Notes under the pieces: model-generated
The model's input: only the letters and a program-made list of their open reading frames with translations
Databases searched by the model: none
What the model was told of the DNA's origin: nothing
Shown: piece after piece, positions 19,347-29,280 of the stretch
How the letters are laid out: each line of letters starts with the position of its first letter
How positions within the stretch are numbered: the stretch's first letter is position 1
Position numbers and translations under genes: made by a program
Origin: an uncultured Candidatus Poseidoniales archaeon
GTDB taxonomy: Archaea; Thermoplasmatota; Poseidoniia; Poseidoniales; Poseidoniaceae
DNA: 64,000 bases
Assembly (NCBI GenBank): GCA_964015875.1
Contig: CAXHEV010000002.1
Coordinates: 11,310-75,309, forward strand
Direction: 5' to 3'

Positions 19347-19657
19347 TCAGTTCCTTTGAGTACGGCTTGTAGTTCTTCATAGGTCGCCATAAGTTGTGTT
19401 TCACGCTCGGTGAAGCGAGCAAGGTGTTCATTGAGCGTGAGGAGAGTTTGTTGAAGGTCCTTGAGCAGAGCATCACGGTCCGAGACTTCGACAAGCACGC
19501 CACCCATCTGCTGGTGGAGGCCAAGGTCTTCTGGTTGGTTACTGACCGCGTCGACGGTTGCCTCTAGTTCGACGACCTGTGCGCGCAAGTTCGCCACTTG
19601 TTGTCGGGCTGCCTGCACTTCGTTGACGACGGCTTGGAGTTGTTCCATATTGTCCAT
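19343..19657 (-). CDS. pfdB: Prefoldin beta subunit
   Basis: Coiled-coil / hairpin (QQMGGVLVEV) / coiled-coil layout, at its usual position in the exosome superoperon. Confidence 0.85.
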   Translation of the reverse strand: MDNMEQLQAVVNEVQAARQQVANLRAQVVELEATVDAVSNQPEDLGLHQQMGGVLVEVSDRDALLKDLQQTLLTLNEHLARFTERETQLMATYEELQAVLKGTE

Positions 19658-19702
19658 GTGTCTACCTCAATCGCTTGGCGTTGATGAATCCTCGCCTGCC
19701 TT

Positions 19703-19960
19703 TCATTCCTTCAAAGCCTCAAAAAGCGAGTCGACGGCGATAAGGCCACGAATTCTCGTGTTCCACATCGCTCGTAGATCTTTAGCTTTGGATTCGTTCA
19801 AACAAAAAGAGAACGAGGTCCGTTCTTCATTCCAGTCAATTGACTCGTCAGTCGTCAATGCGTCGCCAAGGGCTTTGGTTTCGGATGGCGTTGAGGCTTG
19901 TACCTCGAGGGTAAGATTCCATCTTGAACTCACGGTATTCACCGCACTTGCATGCTTCAC
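19703..19960 (-). CDS. KEOPS subunit Pcc1-like protein
   Basis: 85 aa with AKDLRAMWNTRIRGL, similar to the Pcc1 LRAxxNSxLR motif; lies between L37Ae and prefoldin beta. Confidence 0.65.
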   Translation of the reverse strand: MKHASAVNTVSSRWNLTLEVQASTPSETKALGDALTTDESIDWNEERTSFSFCLNESKAKDLRAMWNTRIRGLIAVDSLFEALKE

Positions 19961-20316
19961 TCTTCTTCAGAGATTTCGCCAGCAGCCAATGCACGTTCGT
20001 AGTCCATAGCGGCTTGCTGAGCGATGAAAGCCATGTCGGCAGTTGTAGCGCCTTCAACGGACCGTCGTAGAATTCTGTTGTTCGCATCAGATGCTCGTGT
20101 GAACGGTTCCCATGCGCCTCCAGCGAATGTGTGGTCGCACTTGGAACAGAACCAGATACCTCGTGATTTGCGGGTGACCTTGCGGTACTGGCAAACCGGG
20201 CAAGTATACCTAGCATTTTTCTTGGCCAATGCAGATCCTGCATTTCGTCGAACGGATACACCGTATCGTGCTCCGAATCGTGCTGTTGCACCTGCTTTCT
20301 GTGTTCGCTTTGCCAA
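19957..20316 (-). CDS. rpl37ae: 50S ribosomal protein L37Ae (eL43), TTG start, C-terminal extension
   Basis: RFGARYG, CPVC and GIWFCSKCDHTFAGGAW. The TTG start abuts the rrp42 TGA, with SD GGAGG upstream. Confidence 0.95.
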   Translation of the reverse strand: MAKRTQKAGATARFGARYGVSVRRNAGSALAKKNARYTCPVCQYRKVTRKSRGIWFCSKCDHTFAGGAWEPFTRASDANNRILRRSVEGATTADMAFIAQQAAMDYERALAAGEISEEE

Positions 20317-21102
20317 TCAGTTCCCCTCCTGGTTTGCAACGAGTTTTCGAAGATCAGTGCATCGTTGATGCGCCACTTCGAATATCTCGGCAAATTCGGC
20401 GGGCGTGAACACCCCTCTTAATCCCTTTTGCAGGGAGTGGAGATGTCCTTCATCGCCCAAAGTAATGTGAATGCGCTCGTCGCCACCCAGTTCTTCTTCT
20501 TCGGATGGATCATAGATGTAGCGTCCACCAACACGAGTGAAGGAGGCCATAATCGGTGTACCATTGACCTTCAACGTGTAATCCTCGCCAACATCGAAAC
20601 GCTCGGCAGGAACCACTGCTGTACGCAGTGCTGCAATAGCAGCAAGTCCACACGCATCGAAGATATTTCCGCCATCTGAAAGAACGTGAATGTCAATCAT
20701 GACACCCCAGACTTTCTCTCCGGGTACAATGCAGAGGCTTTCCATGTCGATGCAACCGGATTCACGGATTCCACGGTCAACGACTCGGCCCAGTTCAATG
20801 GATTGTGGTGAGGGTGGCCCGGGCTCGTACTTTCGATGAGCCACAGGTCGGAGTTCAGCTCCGCACATCAAGGAACCTTGCGTTGGGCGGTCAGGCCATG
20901 GCGTTCGAAGTTCGAACTTAATTCCGGCGTAGACGATTGTGTCGCCCATAACCACTTTTGCTGAGCCTTCAGCGTTGTACAGGCAATCGGTTTCAAGAGA
21001 AACTTCTCTGCCTTCCCAACGACCACGACCGTCGAGGCGCAAATCATCTTCTGCAAGCCGAGCAAGTTCTTGACGAAGCAAGGTTGGAACCAGTTCGACC
21101 AT
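20317..21102 (-). CDS. rrp42: Exosome subunit Rrp42
   Basis: RLDGR, AEGSA, EPGPP, ELGRVVDRGIRES and DGGNIFDA. Confidence 0.95.
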   Translation of the reverse strand: MVELVPTLLRQELARLAEDDLRLDGRGRWEGREVSLETDCLYNAEGSAKVVMGDTIVYAGIKFELRTPWPDRPTQGSLMCGAELRPVAHRKYEPGPPSPQSIELGRVVDRGIRESGCIDMESLCIVPGEKVWGVMIDIHVLSDGGNIFDACGLAAIAALRTAVVPAERFDVGEDYTLKVNGTPIMASFTRVGGRYIYDPSEEEELGGDERIHITLGDEGHLHSLQKGLRGVFTPAEFAEIFEVAHQRCTDLRKLVANQEGN

Positions 21103-21830
21103 CAGTTCTCACCTCCTTCATATCGGCGCTTGAGAGCATCCACCATAATCTCATGAATCTCACCAGCGGCTTTGAAGTTGTATTCCATGGCGAGGTTGAA
21201 TTCCTCTGGCGATAAATCGCCATCCATCTGCAAGAAAGCGATTTCACCAGTGTTTGGTAGAATTCCGACCGGCAAATCAGCTTGTCCGTAGTTATCTTCT
21301 GCTTTGTCAAGGTCGAGGACAACGGTGTCTTCGACTTTTCCAGATGCAACACCAACGATGAGGTCACGCATTGGAATGCCAGCGTCAGCAAGTGCGACTG
21401 CGGCGGCAGTGATACCTACGCATCGTGTACCGGCTTCAGCTGCTAGAATTTCAATCTCGACACGAATCTTGGAACGAGGGTATCGCTCGACAAGGACAAC
21501 AGATTCGAGTGCTTCAGCAGTGACCTTGGAGATCTCTCGAGATCGTCGGTTGTATCCAGGGCGAATTCTGTCGCTGGTTGAGAAAGGAGCCATGTTGTAT
21601 CGCACGTCAATGACTGCACGGTCTTGGCGTTGAATCTTACGAGGATGCGCTTCCATTGGACCATAAACTGCAGCAACGGCCACGTTCAATCCGTGGGTCA
21701 CCATGGCAGAGCCATCGGCAGCAGGCAGGACACCCGCTTCGACTGTGACAGGTCGCATCTCGTCAATTTTTCTTCCGTCGAGTCGAAGCCCGTCGTCGCG
21801 CAGCAGTTGTACATCACCATATCCACCCAT
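21102..21830 (-). CDS. rrp41: Exosome subunit Rrp41
   Basis: RLDGR, ADGSA, YNMAPFS, RRSREISKV, AGTR and EDNYGQAD. Confidence 0.96.
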   Translation of the reverse strand: MGGYGDVQLLRDDGLRLDGRKIDEMRPVTVEAGVLPAADGSAMVTHGLNVAVAAVYGPMEAHPRKIQRQDRAVIDVRYNMAPFSTSDRIRPGYNRRSREISKVTAEALESVVLVERYPRSKIRVEIEILAAEAGTRCVGITAAAVALADAGIPMRDLIVGVASGKVEDTVVLDLDKAEDNYGQADLPVGILPNTGEIAFLQMDGDLSPEEFNLAMEYNFKAAGEIHEIMVDALKRRYEGGEN

Positions 21831-22525
21831 CAAGCATCACCTTTCTTTGGAGCATTTTGTTCAAGAGCAGACAATTCTGCTTCGAATGTTGTTTTGTGGC
21901 CAGAGGCCTGAGTTAGGGCAATCGCTTCACGAGCCCATGCGGTTCCTTCTGCATCGCCATCGATCCAAACTCGACCGTTTTCTCCGATGATGATTCTGCT
22001 GTCTGCAGCATCTCGAAGTCGTTGAACGGTTGCATTGCCTTCGCCTCGCAACCTGTCAATATGATTAATCGGGACAGATACAACTGTGCCTTGGTTGAGC
22101 CGTCGCAGGCCAACACCCTTCATTGTCAAGACCACGTTGTGGCACTCATCCACTTCTTGGACACGTGCCAACACGACATCGCCGATGCCCATGTGTTGTC
22201 GTGCTGCTCCAAACTCGACCTTCCATGGTGCGAGTGACATTGGCAGCAAACCTTGGAATGGGCCGTTGATGTTCATGAACCAGAGGTTGTTTCGAACCTC
22301 TGCTACCACGGCGACGATGAGGTCGCCTGAGCGTGGCATGTATGCACTGTTGATCGGGTCCACCGAAACAGTGTTGTTGAATTCTTTTGCCCACCCAAGT
22401 CGGGTGGCAATAATAGTATCGTTTTGTGCGATTGCACCGCTTCCTACGCGCTTCCCAGCGATTGGCCCGATGGCCATTCCTGGGGTCACGAGGCGCAGCT
22501 CGGCGCCGTTTTGACCGTTGGACAT
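21830..22525 (-). CDS. rrp4: Exosome RNA-binding cap subunit Rrp4
   Basis: LVTPG, YMPRSGDLIV (S1 domain) and IIIGENGRVWI (KH domain). Start at ATG 22525. Confidence 0.92.
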   Translation of the reverse strand: MSNGQNGAELRLVTPGMAIGPIAGKRVGSGAIAQNDTIIATRLGWAKEFNNTVSVDPINSAYMPRSGDLIVAVVAEVRNNLWFMNINGPFQGLLPMSLAPWKVEFGAARQHMGIGDVVLARVQEVDECHNVVLTMKGVGLRRLNQGTVVSVPINHIDRLRGEGNATVQRLRDAADSRIIIGENGRVWIDGDAEGTAWAREAIALTQASGHKTTFEAELSALEQNAPKKGDA

Positions 22526-22613
22526 TTCTTTCTCTCCATTCTGCGCCACCCACCAACCCATGATAAAGCCGACCCCCAAACAAACTGTTGATGAGTGAAG
22601 GTTTTTGCTGCTA

Positions 22614-23303
22614 TTATGAGAGTTCTTTGACCTCAGTATCTGATGATTGTTTCATCACTTGACCAATCAGGTCAGGTTTCATCCCAGCAGGGCATTCGAT
22701 AACTGAGGCCCAAGAGCCATTTTCGAGCCATTGCTCCTTTTGCATGTAGGGCCGTAAAATTCTCGAAACCCTACCCATGGCTGAGCCAGGTACTTTGAAA
22801 GCGAGGCGTACCGATTCGAAGGAGAGAGGAATCATTGGTTTCAAACGGTCGATTGCCTCCTTCACCTGATCCTCCAAATTTTTGAACGGATCAACAGAAT
22901 ACCGCGACTCGTCCAGTGCCAATTCAATACGTGTTTTGGGGTGAGGGCTCTTGGTCTTCGGGTCCACTGCCTGAACGTGGATTTGGTGAACGATTTGTTG
23001 TCGCATTCGCTCAACCATCGCTTTGCGCTGAGATGTTGTCAGTTGGATGCTCCCCTTCGAGAGAATTGTGGTGGCAATGGTTCTGATGTCCTGGGTACCG
23101 AAGGTGTTCTCAATCGCATCTTCAGTCGGACGTTCACCGCCACGTGCATCGTGGAAAACTTCGTCCATAGCCAAAAATGCATTGAGGTCTATGGCGTCTG
23201 GGTCGGCCTTGAATGCATCAACTAAGTCAGGATCAACCAAGACTTCGTAGCGCTTGCCACCTTTCTCCATTCGGGCGAGCACGGCCTTGTCAAGACTTAC
23301 CAT
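22614..23303 (-). CDS. Ribosome maturation factor SBDS/Sdo1
   Basis: YEVLVDP, FGT, GSIQLTTSQRK, DPKTKSPHPKTRIE and CPAG. Confidence 0.95.
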   Translation of the reverse strand: MVSLDKAVLARMEKGGKRYEVLVDPDLVDAFKADPDAIDLNAFLAMDEVFHDARGGERPTEDAIENTFGTQDIRTIATTILSKGSIQLTTSQRKAMVERMRQQIVHQIHVQAVDPKTKSPHPKTRIELALDESRYSVDPFKNLEDQVKEAIDRLKPMIPLSFESVRLAFKVPGSAMGRVSRILRPYMQKEQWLENGSWASVIECPAGMKPDLIGQVMKQSSDTEVKELS

Positions 23304-23359
23304 TGAGTATCCCTCACTCCGCAGAGGCTAACCCAGCACTTCATGCTGGTGGTGGAACT

Positions 23360-24082
23360 TCACTCTTCAAGAGGCTTCAAGCGGTCAATTTGCTTGTTCA
23401 CTTCGGCTCGATCCAAGACACGGTAGCCTTTGTCATCAATGACGGTGACTTCAACAGCCTCTCGGTTCAATTCAGTGTCGTTCGCACTTCGAAGCGCCTC
23501 AAGACCAAGCTTCATTGCAGCATTGAGTGTTAGACCGGGCTTCCAGTTGGACTCAAAGTGGTCAATGACTGTGTTTCGCCCACTGCCGATTGCACCGGCG
23601 TGGTAGGACTGGTAGGCACCACTCGGGTCGGTTTCGTACAGGTGGATGCCGTTGTCATCAACGCCACCAATGAGGAGTGCGGTTCCGAACGGACGGGAGC
23701 CACCGTATTGGGTGAAAGATTGCTTGAAATCGCAAATTTTCTTGACGAGGACGTCCACGGGGATTGTATCGGCGTATGTGATTCTGTTGACCTGTGATTC
23801 GACACGAGCTCGAGCAACGAGTTGACGAGCATCAGCGACGAGTCCCGACGTCGCAATTCCAACATGGTTATCGATCTTGAACATCTTCTCGATGGATTCT
23901 GGGATGATGAGCCTGCTGACGATTCGCTTGTCACACACGAGGACAACGCCGTCACGGAACTTGAGTCCTGCAGTGGTGGTACCACGCTTGACTGATTCTC
24001 GAGCGTACTCGACTTGGAACAATCGCCCATCTGGGCTAAACGTGGTGATGCCGTGGTCATATCCTCTTCCGCTTGGTTGCAT
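23360..24082 (-). CDS. psmA: Proteasome alpha subunit
   Basis: GYDHGITTFSPDGRLFQVEYA, SGLVADAR, RPFG and ETDPSG. Confidence 0.98.
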   Translation of the reverse strand: MQPSGRGYDHGITTFSPDGRLFQVEYARESVKRGTTTAGLKFRDGVVLVCDKRIVSRLIIPESIEKMFKIDNHVGIATSGLVADARQLVARARVESQVNRITYADTIPVDVLVKKICDFKQSFTQYGGSRPFGTALLIGGVDDNGIHLYETDPSGAYQSYHAGAIGSGRNTVIDHFESNWKPGLTLNAAMKLGLEALRSANDTELNREAVEVTVIDDKGYRVLDRAEVNKQIDRLKPLEE

Positions 24083-24258
24083 TTGAATTCCCTCATCTGT
24101 CTCGTTGTATCGACGCTTTATGAGGATGAGGGTGAATGTGGATGAACCCAGACCTTCTCATATTCGTTGCCAACGAACCAGTGATGAACTCCACCTCATA
24201 TGAACCCTCACACGAATTCTACCCCTAACCTCATGAGCGATTACAAGGTGGCCAAAAC

Positions 24259-24927
24259 GTGCGAGTTGCAGTGCTGTCATCTGGAGGGAAAGATTCCGCT
24301 GCCGCTTGGTGGTGGGCCCAATGCAGAGGGTGGGATGTGACTGCATTGGTCACTGTTAACATCACAGGGGACGATTCATGGATGTTTCAAATCCCTGGAA
24401 CTCATCTTGTGGAACACCAAGCAAACTTGGCCAATGTTCCATGGTTGCAGGTGGATACCAAAGGCATTCAGGAGGAAGAGATTTCCGATTTAGAAGCGGC
24501 ACTCTCATCACTCAAAATTGATGGAATTGTCAGTGGTGCATTGCGTTCTGATTATCAAAAAGTAAGGCTGGAGCGTATGGCAGAGCGGCTCGGGATTCAC
24601 AGTTGGACTCCGCTATGGCACCAAAGCAGCCTAGAACACATGCGTGGCTTGGTGTCAAATGGTTTTGAAGTCATGCTAACATCTGTGAGTTGCGATGGTT
24701 TGGACGAATCTTGGCTAGGACAGATCCTCACCGAAAAATCCCTTGCTAAACTCGAGCAAAAAGCCGAACAGTTCAGGTTCAATGTTGATGGTGAAGGTGG
24801 TGAATACGAGACTCTGGTTGTAGGTGGGCCCCACCTGCCCGGCCGATTGAATATTGAAGGTCATGTGGTCTGGAAAGGCAACCGTGGAACGTTCGAATGT
24901 TCCCACGTGGTCTCAGTGGTTCGTTAA
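24259..24927 (+). CDS. Diphthine-ammonia ligase (Dph6-like PP-loop ATPase)
   Basis: SSGGKDS, GALRSDYQ, PLW and GEGGEYETLV. GTG start. Confidence 0.9.
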   Translation: MRVAVLSSGGKDSAAAWWWAQCRGWDVTALVTVNITGDDSWMFQIPGTHLVEHQANLANVPWLQVDTKGIQEEEISDLEAALSSLKIDGIVSGALRSDYQKVRLERMAERLGIHSWTPLWHQSSLEHMRGLVSNGFEVMLTSVSCDGLDESWLGQILTEKSLAKLEQKAEQFRFNVDGEGGEYETLVVGGPHLPGRLNIEGHVVWKGNRGTFECSHVVSVVR

Positions 24928-24929
24928 TC

Positions 24930-26279
24930 TCACTTAATCGCTGCACGTGCAAGCGCAACGCATTCGTCAACAAGTTCTCCTGAAACACCAATATGGTTTG
25001 CAGGATCAAACATTGCCTCTAACTCCTCTGCACTAAATGCTGCTGAAATCGCAGGAGTTCTGCTGCATACATCGATGAGCTCTTCTTTGTTGGCAACTGC
25101 AGCAAAGGAGGCTTCTCGAAGAATTTCGTGTGCCTCGTCTCGTGGAATACCGTGCTCGACAAGGTCAATCATCACTTTTTCAGCCATGACAAGTCCCCTT
25201 TGCGATTTGATGTTCTCTAAACAGCGCTCGGCGTCAACCCACATGTTGGTCAGCACGTCTCGGGTTTTTTGAATGACGTCTTCGCACAACGCAGAACCGT
25301 GTGAGAGGGTAAATCGCTCGCTGCTTGAGTTGGCCAGGTCTCGCTCATGCCACAAGAGAGCGTTCTCGTAGGTTGGTATGATCATGGAACGAACAATGCG
25401 TGCAAGACCGGATGCATTTTCTGATTTGATTGGGTTCTTTTTATGAGCCATTGTTGAGGAGCCAACCTGCTTTTTGATGTCGAATCCTTCACCTGCTTCT
25501 TGAATTTCAGAGCGTTGAAGGTTTCGAACTTCCTGTAGAATTTTCTCGCATGTTGCAGCGATATTGGCCAACCAAGACACATATTCGATGTAGCGATCTC
25601 TTCCAACGACTTGCGTGGTGGCAAGAGGAACACCAAGTCCAAGATGGGTCAAAATGAGTCGTTGCAGTTCTCGTGCATTTTCTCCTTGAGCAGCCCCTGT
25701 GCCTACTGCACCAAGGAATTTTCCAACGGCAATACGTGGTGTAGATTCGTCAAGTCGAATCAACTGCCTTCTTAATTCATCCAACCAGACAGCGGCTTTG
25801 AGTCCGAAAGTGATCGGTACCGCTGCTTGGCCGTGAGTTCGCCCCAGCATGACCGTGTCGCGCTCCCGTTCAGCAACATCAGCGCAGACGCCGATAAGCA
25901 AGCAAAGTTGCTCTCGAAGCATGACGATGCTGTCACGAAGTTGTAGGGCGACAGCCGTATCAACAATATCGTTTGATGTGGCCCCAAGATGGATGCACCA
26001 TCCTGCCTCGCCTGCTGCTTCAGCCATGGCTTTGGTTAATGCCATGATGTCGTGACGGGTTTCTGCTTCAATTTCGGAGACTCGTTCTTTGGTGACCGAG
26101 GTGGGATTTGCGATTGATGCCACGATGTCATAATCGGCTTGGGACACTCGACCAAGTTGCATATGAGCCCATATCAACGCACGTTCTACTTCCAGTTGGC
26201 GTTCGTGACGGCCAACTTCGGACCAGATGTGTTTGAATTCTTGATTGCCATACCTGTAGTCGAGTGGGCAGAAGGACAT
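24930..26279 (-). CDS. purB: Adenylosuccinate lyase
   Basis: PLDYRY, TRHD, HLGATSND, GRTHGQ, GSSTMAHKKNP and HERDLANSS. Start at ATG 26279. Confidence 0.96.
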   Translation of the reverse strand: MSFCPLDYRYGNQEFKHIWSEVGRHERQLEVERALIWAHMQLGRVSQADYDIVASIANPTSVTKERVSEIEAETRHDIMALTKAMAEAAGEAGWCIHLGATSNDIVDTAVALQLRDSIVMLREQLCLLIGVCADVAERERDTVMLGRTHGQAAVPITFGLKAAVWLDELRRQLIRLDESTPRIAVGKFLGAVGTGAAQGENARELQRLILTHLGLGVPLATTQVVGRDRYIEYVSWLANIAATCEKILQEVRNLQRSEIQEAGEGFDIKKQVGSSTMAHKKNPIKSENASGLARIVRSMIIPTYENALLWHERDLANSSSERFTLSHGSALCEDVIQKTRDVLTNMWVDAERCLENIKSQRGLVMAEKVMIDLVEHGIPRDEAHEILREASFAAVANKEELIDVCSRTPAISAAFSAEELEAMFDPANHIGVSGELVDECVALARAAIK

Positions 26280-26355
26280 AGTTGAAGGCTCACGCCTCGA
26301 TTCATCAACATTGCCATTCAATCGAATGGCTTCGCCTTACGTAAACCACCGCTGT

Positions 26356-26796
26356 TCAAGCCGAATCAGCGTTTTCTTGCTGATCAGGTCGCATGGCTGT
26401 TCGAATCAGAATGACAGATGCACCAGTTGACAGGACGAAAAAGACACCAACATAGTTGGAGATGTTGTACCACATCATTGCGACACCGATCAACGATCCA
26501 TATCCCATCATTTGACAGACTGCAGATGCCTTTGCCAAACGCAACAAATGTGATTCACTCAGCGTACCCTCGTGCTCGAGGACATAGGTGTAGATGAGGA
26601 AGTAGATGCCCTGAAAAGGAATGGCTGTGGCAATAATCGTAAGGGCAACCTCACGCACAGCAGTGTAGTGATTCTCTTGTTCGATGCCTTGGAAAAGCAT
26701 GAATGCAGTGTTGGTACCAAGGAGTGCTGCCATGATGGTCCAGCGCTTATCCTGAGAGGATGTCCTGCTCTCAACATTGACCGAACCTTCGTCCAT
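26356..26796 (-). CDS. Hypothetical membrane protein (about 4 TM)
   Basis: Four hydrophobic segments; ATCAAA element upstream. Confidence 0.65.
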   Translation of the reverse strand: MDEGSVNVESRTSSQDKRWTIMAALLGTNTAFMLFQGIEQENHYTAVREVALTIIATAIPFQGIYFLIYTYVLEHEGTLSESHLLRLAKASAVCQMMGYGSLIGVAMMWYNISNYVGVFFVLSTGASVILIRTAMRPDQQENADSA

Positions 26797-26883
26797 GGGG
26801 GTCGGATGTGAGGTTCATGGTTTGATATTTGCCGTTCTTCAAAGACAGCAAGAGTGATTCTTCCACCTCGGTGGATTTTCCGA

Positions 26884-27105
26884 TTATGCCGAGGCGACAA
26901 TCTTGATGAGGATGCCTGTGATGCCTGCGACGATCAAGAGGAGGAGCATCATAGCTAGAGGTCCATATTGATTCTTGTCGGCAACTGCTGTACCAAAGAA
27001 ACCATCCCGGGAAATGGCCTCAGTGAATGAAGCTGCTTCTTCAAATTCTGGCAATGAGCGTCGAGGAATTCGCTCGCCATCTCGGACTACCAAATCGTCT
27101 CCCAT
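26884..27105 (-). CDS. Small protein with a single C-terminal TM helix (tail-anchored topology)
   Basis: Soluble N-terminus, then PLAMMLLLLIVAGITGILIKIVASA at the very end. TTCATG at -29. Confidence 0.7.
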   Translation of the reverse strand: MGDDLVVRDGERIPRRSLPEFEEAASFTEAISRDGFFGTAVADKNQYGPLAMMLLLLIVAGITGILIKIVASA

Positions 27106-27191
27106 GCCTTTCCGTTAGGCCGGTAGGGCATGAAGGTTGCTCTAATGAACGGTATCGGAAGTATATTGCACGGTGGTCACAAGGATAATCC

Positions 27192-27782
27192 ATGGCTCGC
27201 CTCACGTTTCCGTTTGAGAACGCTCGCGTTCACTTGGCTGTGGAGGGGAGCACAGGCGGCACAACGCTTGGATTACACATGGCGGCTGATGCAATAGGGC
27301 ATGGGGGGAGGGTCCTCTGGGCATCACCTGAAATGCCTGACGGAGTACGATTTGGTCAACTTTTTGAGCATCTTTCACTCGCCGACTCCTCTAAATTTCA
27401 TGCCATGAATCTCGTAGGTTCACTCAGCCAAGCCGTTGAGGTTTTGGTTGAAACCTCAACCGCACTCCCCAGCGTTCGTCTTATTGTATTGGATGATTGG
27501 TGCGCTCAATCAGGTCGAATTCCTTCGGATCGTATAAAGGACGCTGAACATCTTGCTGAGCGATTGAGTAGTGATATTGGTTTGGTCTTAATTTCAAAAG
27601 CTGGAATCAATGCTGGTGGAGAAGGTTCATCGCTCAACATTCGTGGCGAAGACAAAATGAAATCTGCAGGATTCCAGATATGGACACTTGAACGCCCTAC
27701 GGACGGTCCTCGGCGCAATATCACGATGAATGGAGATGTCAATCCCTGCCGAATCGATGACCAAGGATTTGTTGATGTTTAA
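27192..27782 (+). CDS. RecA/RadB-like P-loop protein with degenerate Walker A
   Basis: VEGSTGGTTLGLHMA...GGRVLWAS...RFGQL...RLIVLDDW follows the RadB/KaiC motif order. Confidence 0.65.
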   Translation: MARLTFPFENARVHLAVEGSTGGTTLGLHMAADAIGHGGRVLWASPEMPDGVRFGQLFEHLSLADSSKFHAMNLVGSLSQAVEVLVETSTALPSVRLIVLDDWCAQSGRIPSDRIKDAEHLAERLSSDIGLVLISKAGINAGGEGSSLNIRGEDKMKSAGFQIWTLERPTDGPRRNITMNGDVNPCRIDDQGFVDV

Positions 27783-28033
27783 TCATCATCTGTTGGGTCT
27801 TCACCAAGCAATTCTGCCATCTCTTCAAGGGCTTCATCGTCTGGCTCGTCAAATTGAGACGGATCTTTTGCACCGCCTCCCAGTGTGTCTTCACCAGCAA
27901 TTTTAGGCGCACTGGCTTCCAACATGTTGGCTCGGTTTTCCCCAGCACGACGTGCGATGAACCATGCCATCCCAACAAAAAGAACAATCAGAACAACGTA
28001 GGCAATGTTTCGGGTGGTTTGTTCGTCGGCCAT
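27779..28033 (-). CDS. Small single-TM protein with acidic tail
   Basis: N-terminal TM IAYVVLIVLFVGMAWFIA and a D/E-rich C-terminus. Confidence 0.6.
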   Translation of the reverse strand: MADEQTTRNIAYVVLIVLFVGMAWFIARRAGENRANMLEASAPKIAGEDTLGGGAKDPSQFDEPDDEALEEMAELLGEDPTDDD

Positions 28034-28076
28034 GCTTCTATCATGAAGATGCGGCATTTAGCCGTTGCCCGAATAT

Positions 28077-29276
28077 TTAGGATGAGTGGTGCACATCCCA
28101 CTCGAGTGGTCTAGCAAGGTGACGTCGTGCATCAATCGGTGGTTGTACCCACGTATTGATCGTCACCTCACGTTCTATCTCGCGCCACGAATTGGACTGC
28201 TTTGCCTTGCATTCAGGACATCGCACACCCTGATTGGTCCCCATTGCTTTCATTGTTCGATTGCACGCTGTACACACCGGCCTTACCTTCAATGGTGTAG
28301 CGTAGGTGATCCGCATTTTCTCAATGTGCACGACACCCGAAGTGGATTCCAATCCACACACATCGATTCGATCACCGGGCTGAAGTGATTGTGCCATCAA
28401 CTTCACATCGCCACTTTCTGCGAACGCCATCCATTCGCCCTCATCGGTTTCGATTTTTGTCGTCCCTCGTCGAAGAATGTCAATACTTTTGACTGTGCTC
28501 GACAGAATTGTTTGGAGGTGATCATCGCTGGCTTGATTGGTCTGGAACACACGAAGACCAATGATTGGTTCTGTTGCCTTCGCTTCCAACAACAATTCAG
28601 CCGCATGTTCAGCTGCTTTTTGAGTAGTGCCTCGAACACCGAACAGAACAGGGCATGTGCCCCTCGGGGAAATTAAGCTTCGTTGAGAAGTTGGGTCCCG
28701 AGTCATGAATGTCTTATCGAGTTGACTTACCCTTTTGATTGCCGCATTGCATACGTTTCTCTCAACACCATTCCAACGCTCTTCTCTTCTCCAAGCGATC
28801 GCCTCCCAGGTCGTCATTTGCTTATGCCAAACAACAGCAGCGATGGCTCCTATGCATCCACGTCCACCCCATTGCCGTGTGGGGGGTGGGCCTTCGTCAA
28901 TGGTGACTCGTGATTGAACTGCTCGTGAATAATATTCCGAAGATGATGGTTGTTCACTGAACCAAACCATTCCCGGATCTGTTGGTGCTTGCGGTCGTTG
29001 ATGGTCGCTTTGTGATACCAACCCACAAAGAGGTGCAAGGTGTTCGTTCCAGTATGCATCTAGAAATTCCATGAGGCGAGGTTCGTCCTCAGTTAACAGT
29101 TCGACAGCAACTGCTGCGTTGCCTCTTGTTCGCTGTTCGGCAAAGGGCCAGAGGCGAACGAGGCTTGGATTGGAAGCGGTAACTCCATCGGGAAGAGCAT
29201 TCAGTAAGCAATGAAGTGTATAGGTTGTACAACCATCTGTGAGCGTATCCGTATCATCCAGTCCAAGCCAGCCCAT
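28077..29276 (-). CDS. tiaS: tRNA(Ile2) agmatinylcytidine synthase
   Basis: GLDDTD, CTT, LVRL, TRGNAAV, PVLFGVRG, TNQASDDHL, a Zn-ribbon and RRHLARP. Confidence 0.93.
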   Translation of the reverse strand: MGWLGLDDTDTLTDGCTTYTLHCLLNALPDGVTASNPSLVRLWPFAEQRTRGNAAVAVELLTEDEPRLMEFLDAYWNEHLAPLCGLVSQSDHQRPQAPTDPGMVWFSEQPSSSEYYSRAVQSRVTIDEGPPPTRQWGGRGCIGAIAAVVWHKQMTTWEAIAWRREERWNGVERNVCNAAIKRVSQLDKTFMTRDPTSQRSLISPRGTCPVLFGVRGTTQKAAEHAAELLLEAKATEPIIGLRVFQTNQASDDHLQTILSSTVKSIDILRRGTTKIETDEGEWMAFAESGDVKLMAQSLQPGDRIDVCGLESTSGVVHIEKMRITYATPLKVRPVCTACNRTMKAMGTNQGVRCPECKAKQSNSWREIEREVTINTWVQPPIDARRHLARPLEWDVHHSS

Positions 29277-29280
29277 GTAC

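Noticed and set aside
19343..24082. Proteasome-SBDS-exosome-L37Ae-Pcc1-prefoldin cluster as a novel system
   Set aside because: This is the well-known conserved archaeal superoperon.
24089..24240. CCCTCATC/GATGAGGG inverted repeat and a GTGATGA box in the psmA-dph6 spacer
   Set aside because: The probable psmA promoter lies between the arms, so the stem would not be in the mRNA; there is no proper D box for a C/D sRNA.
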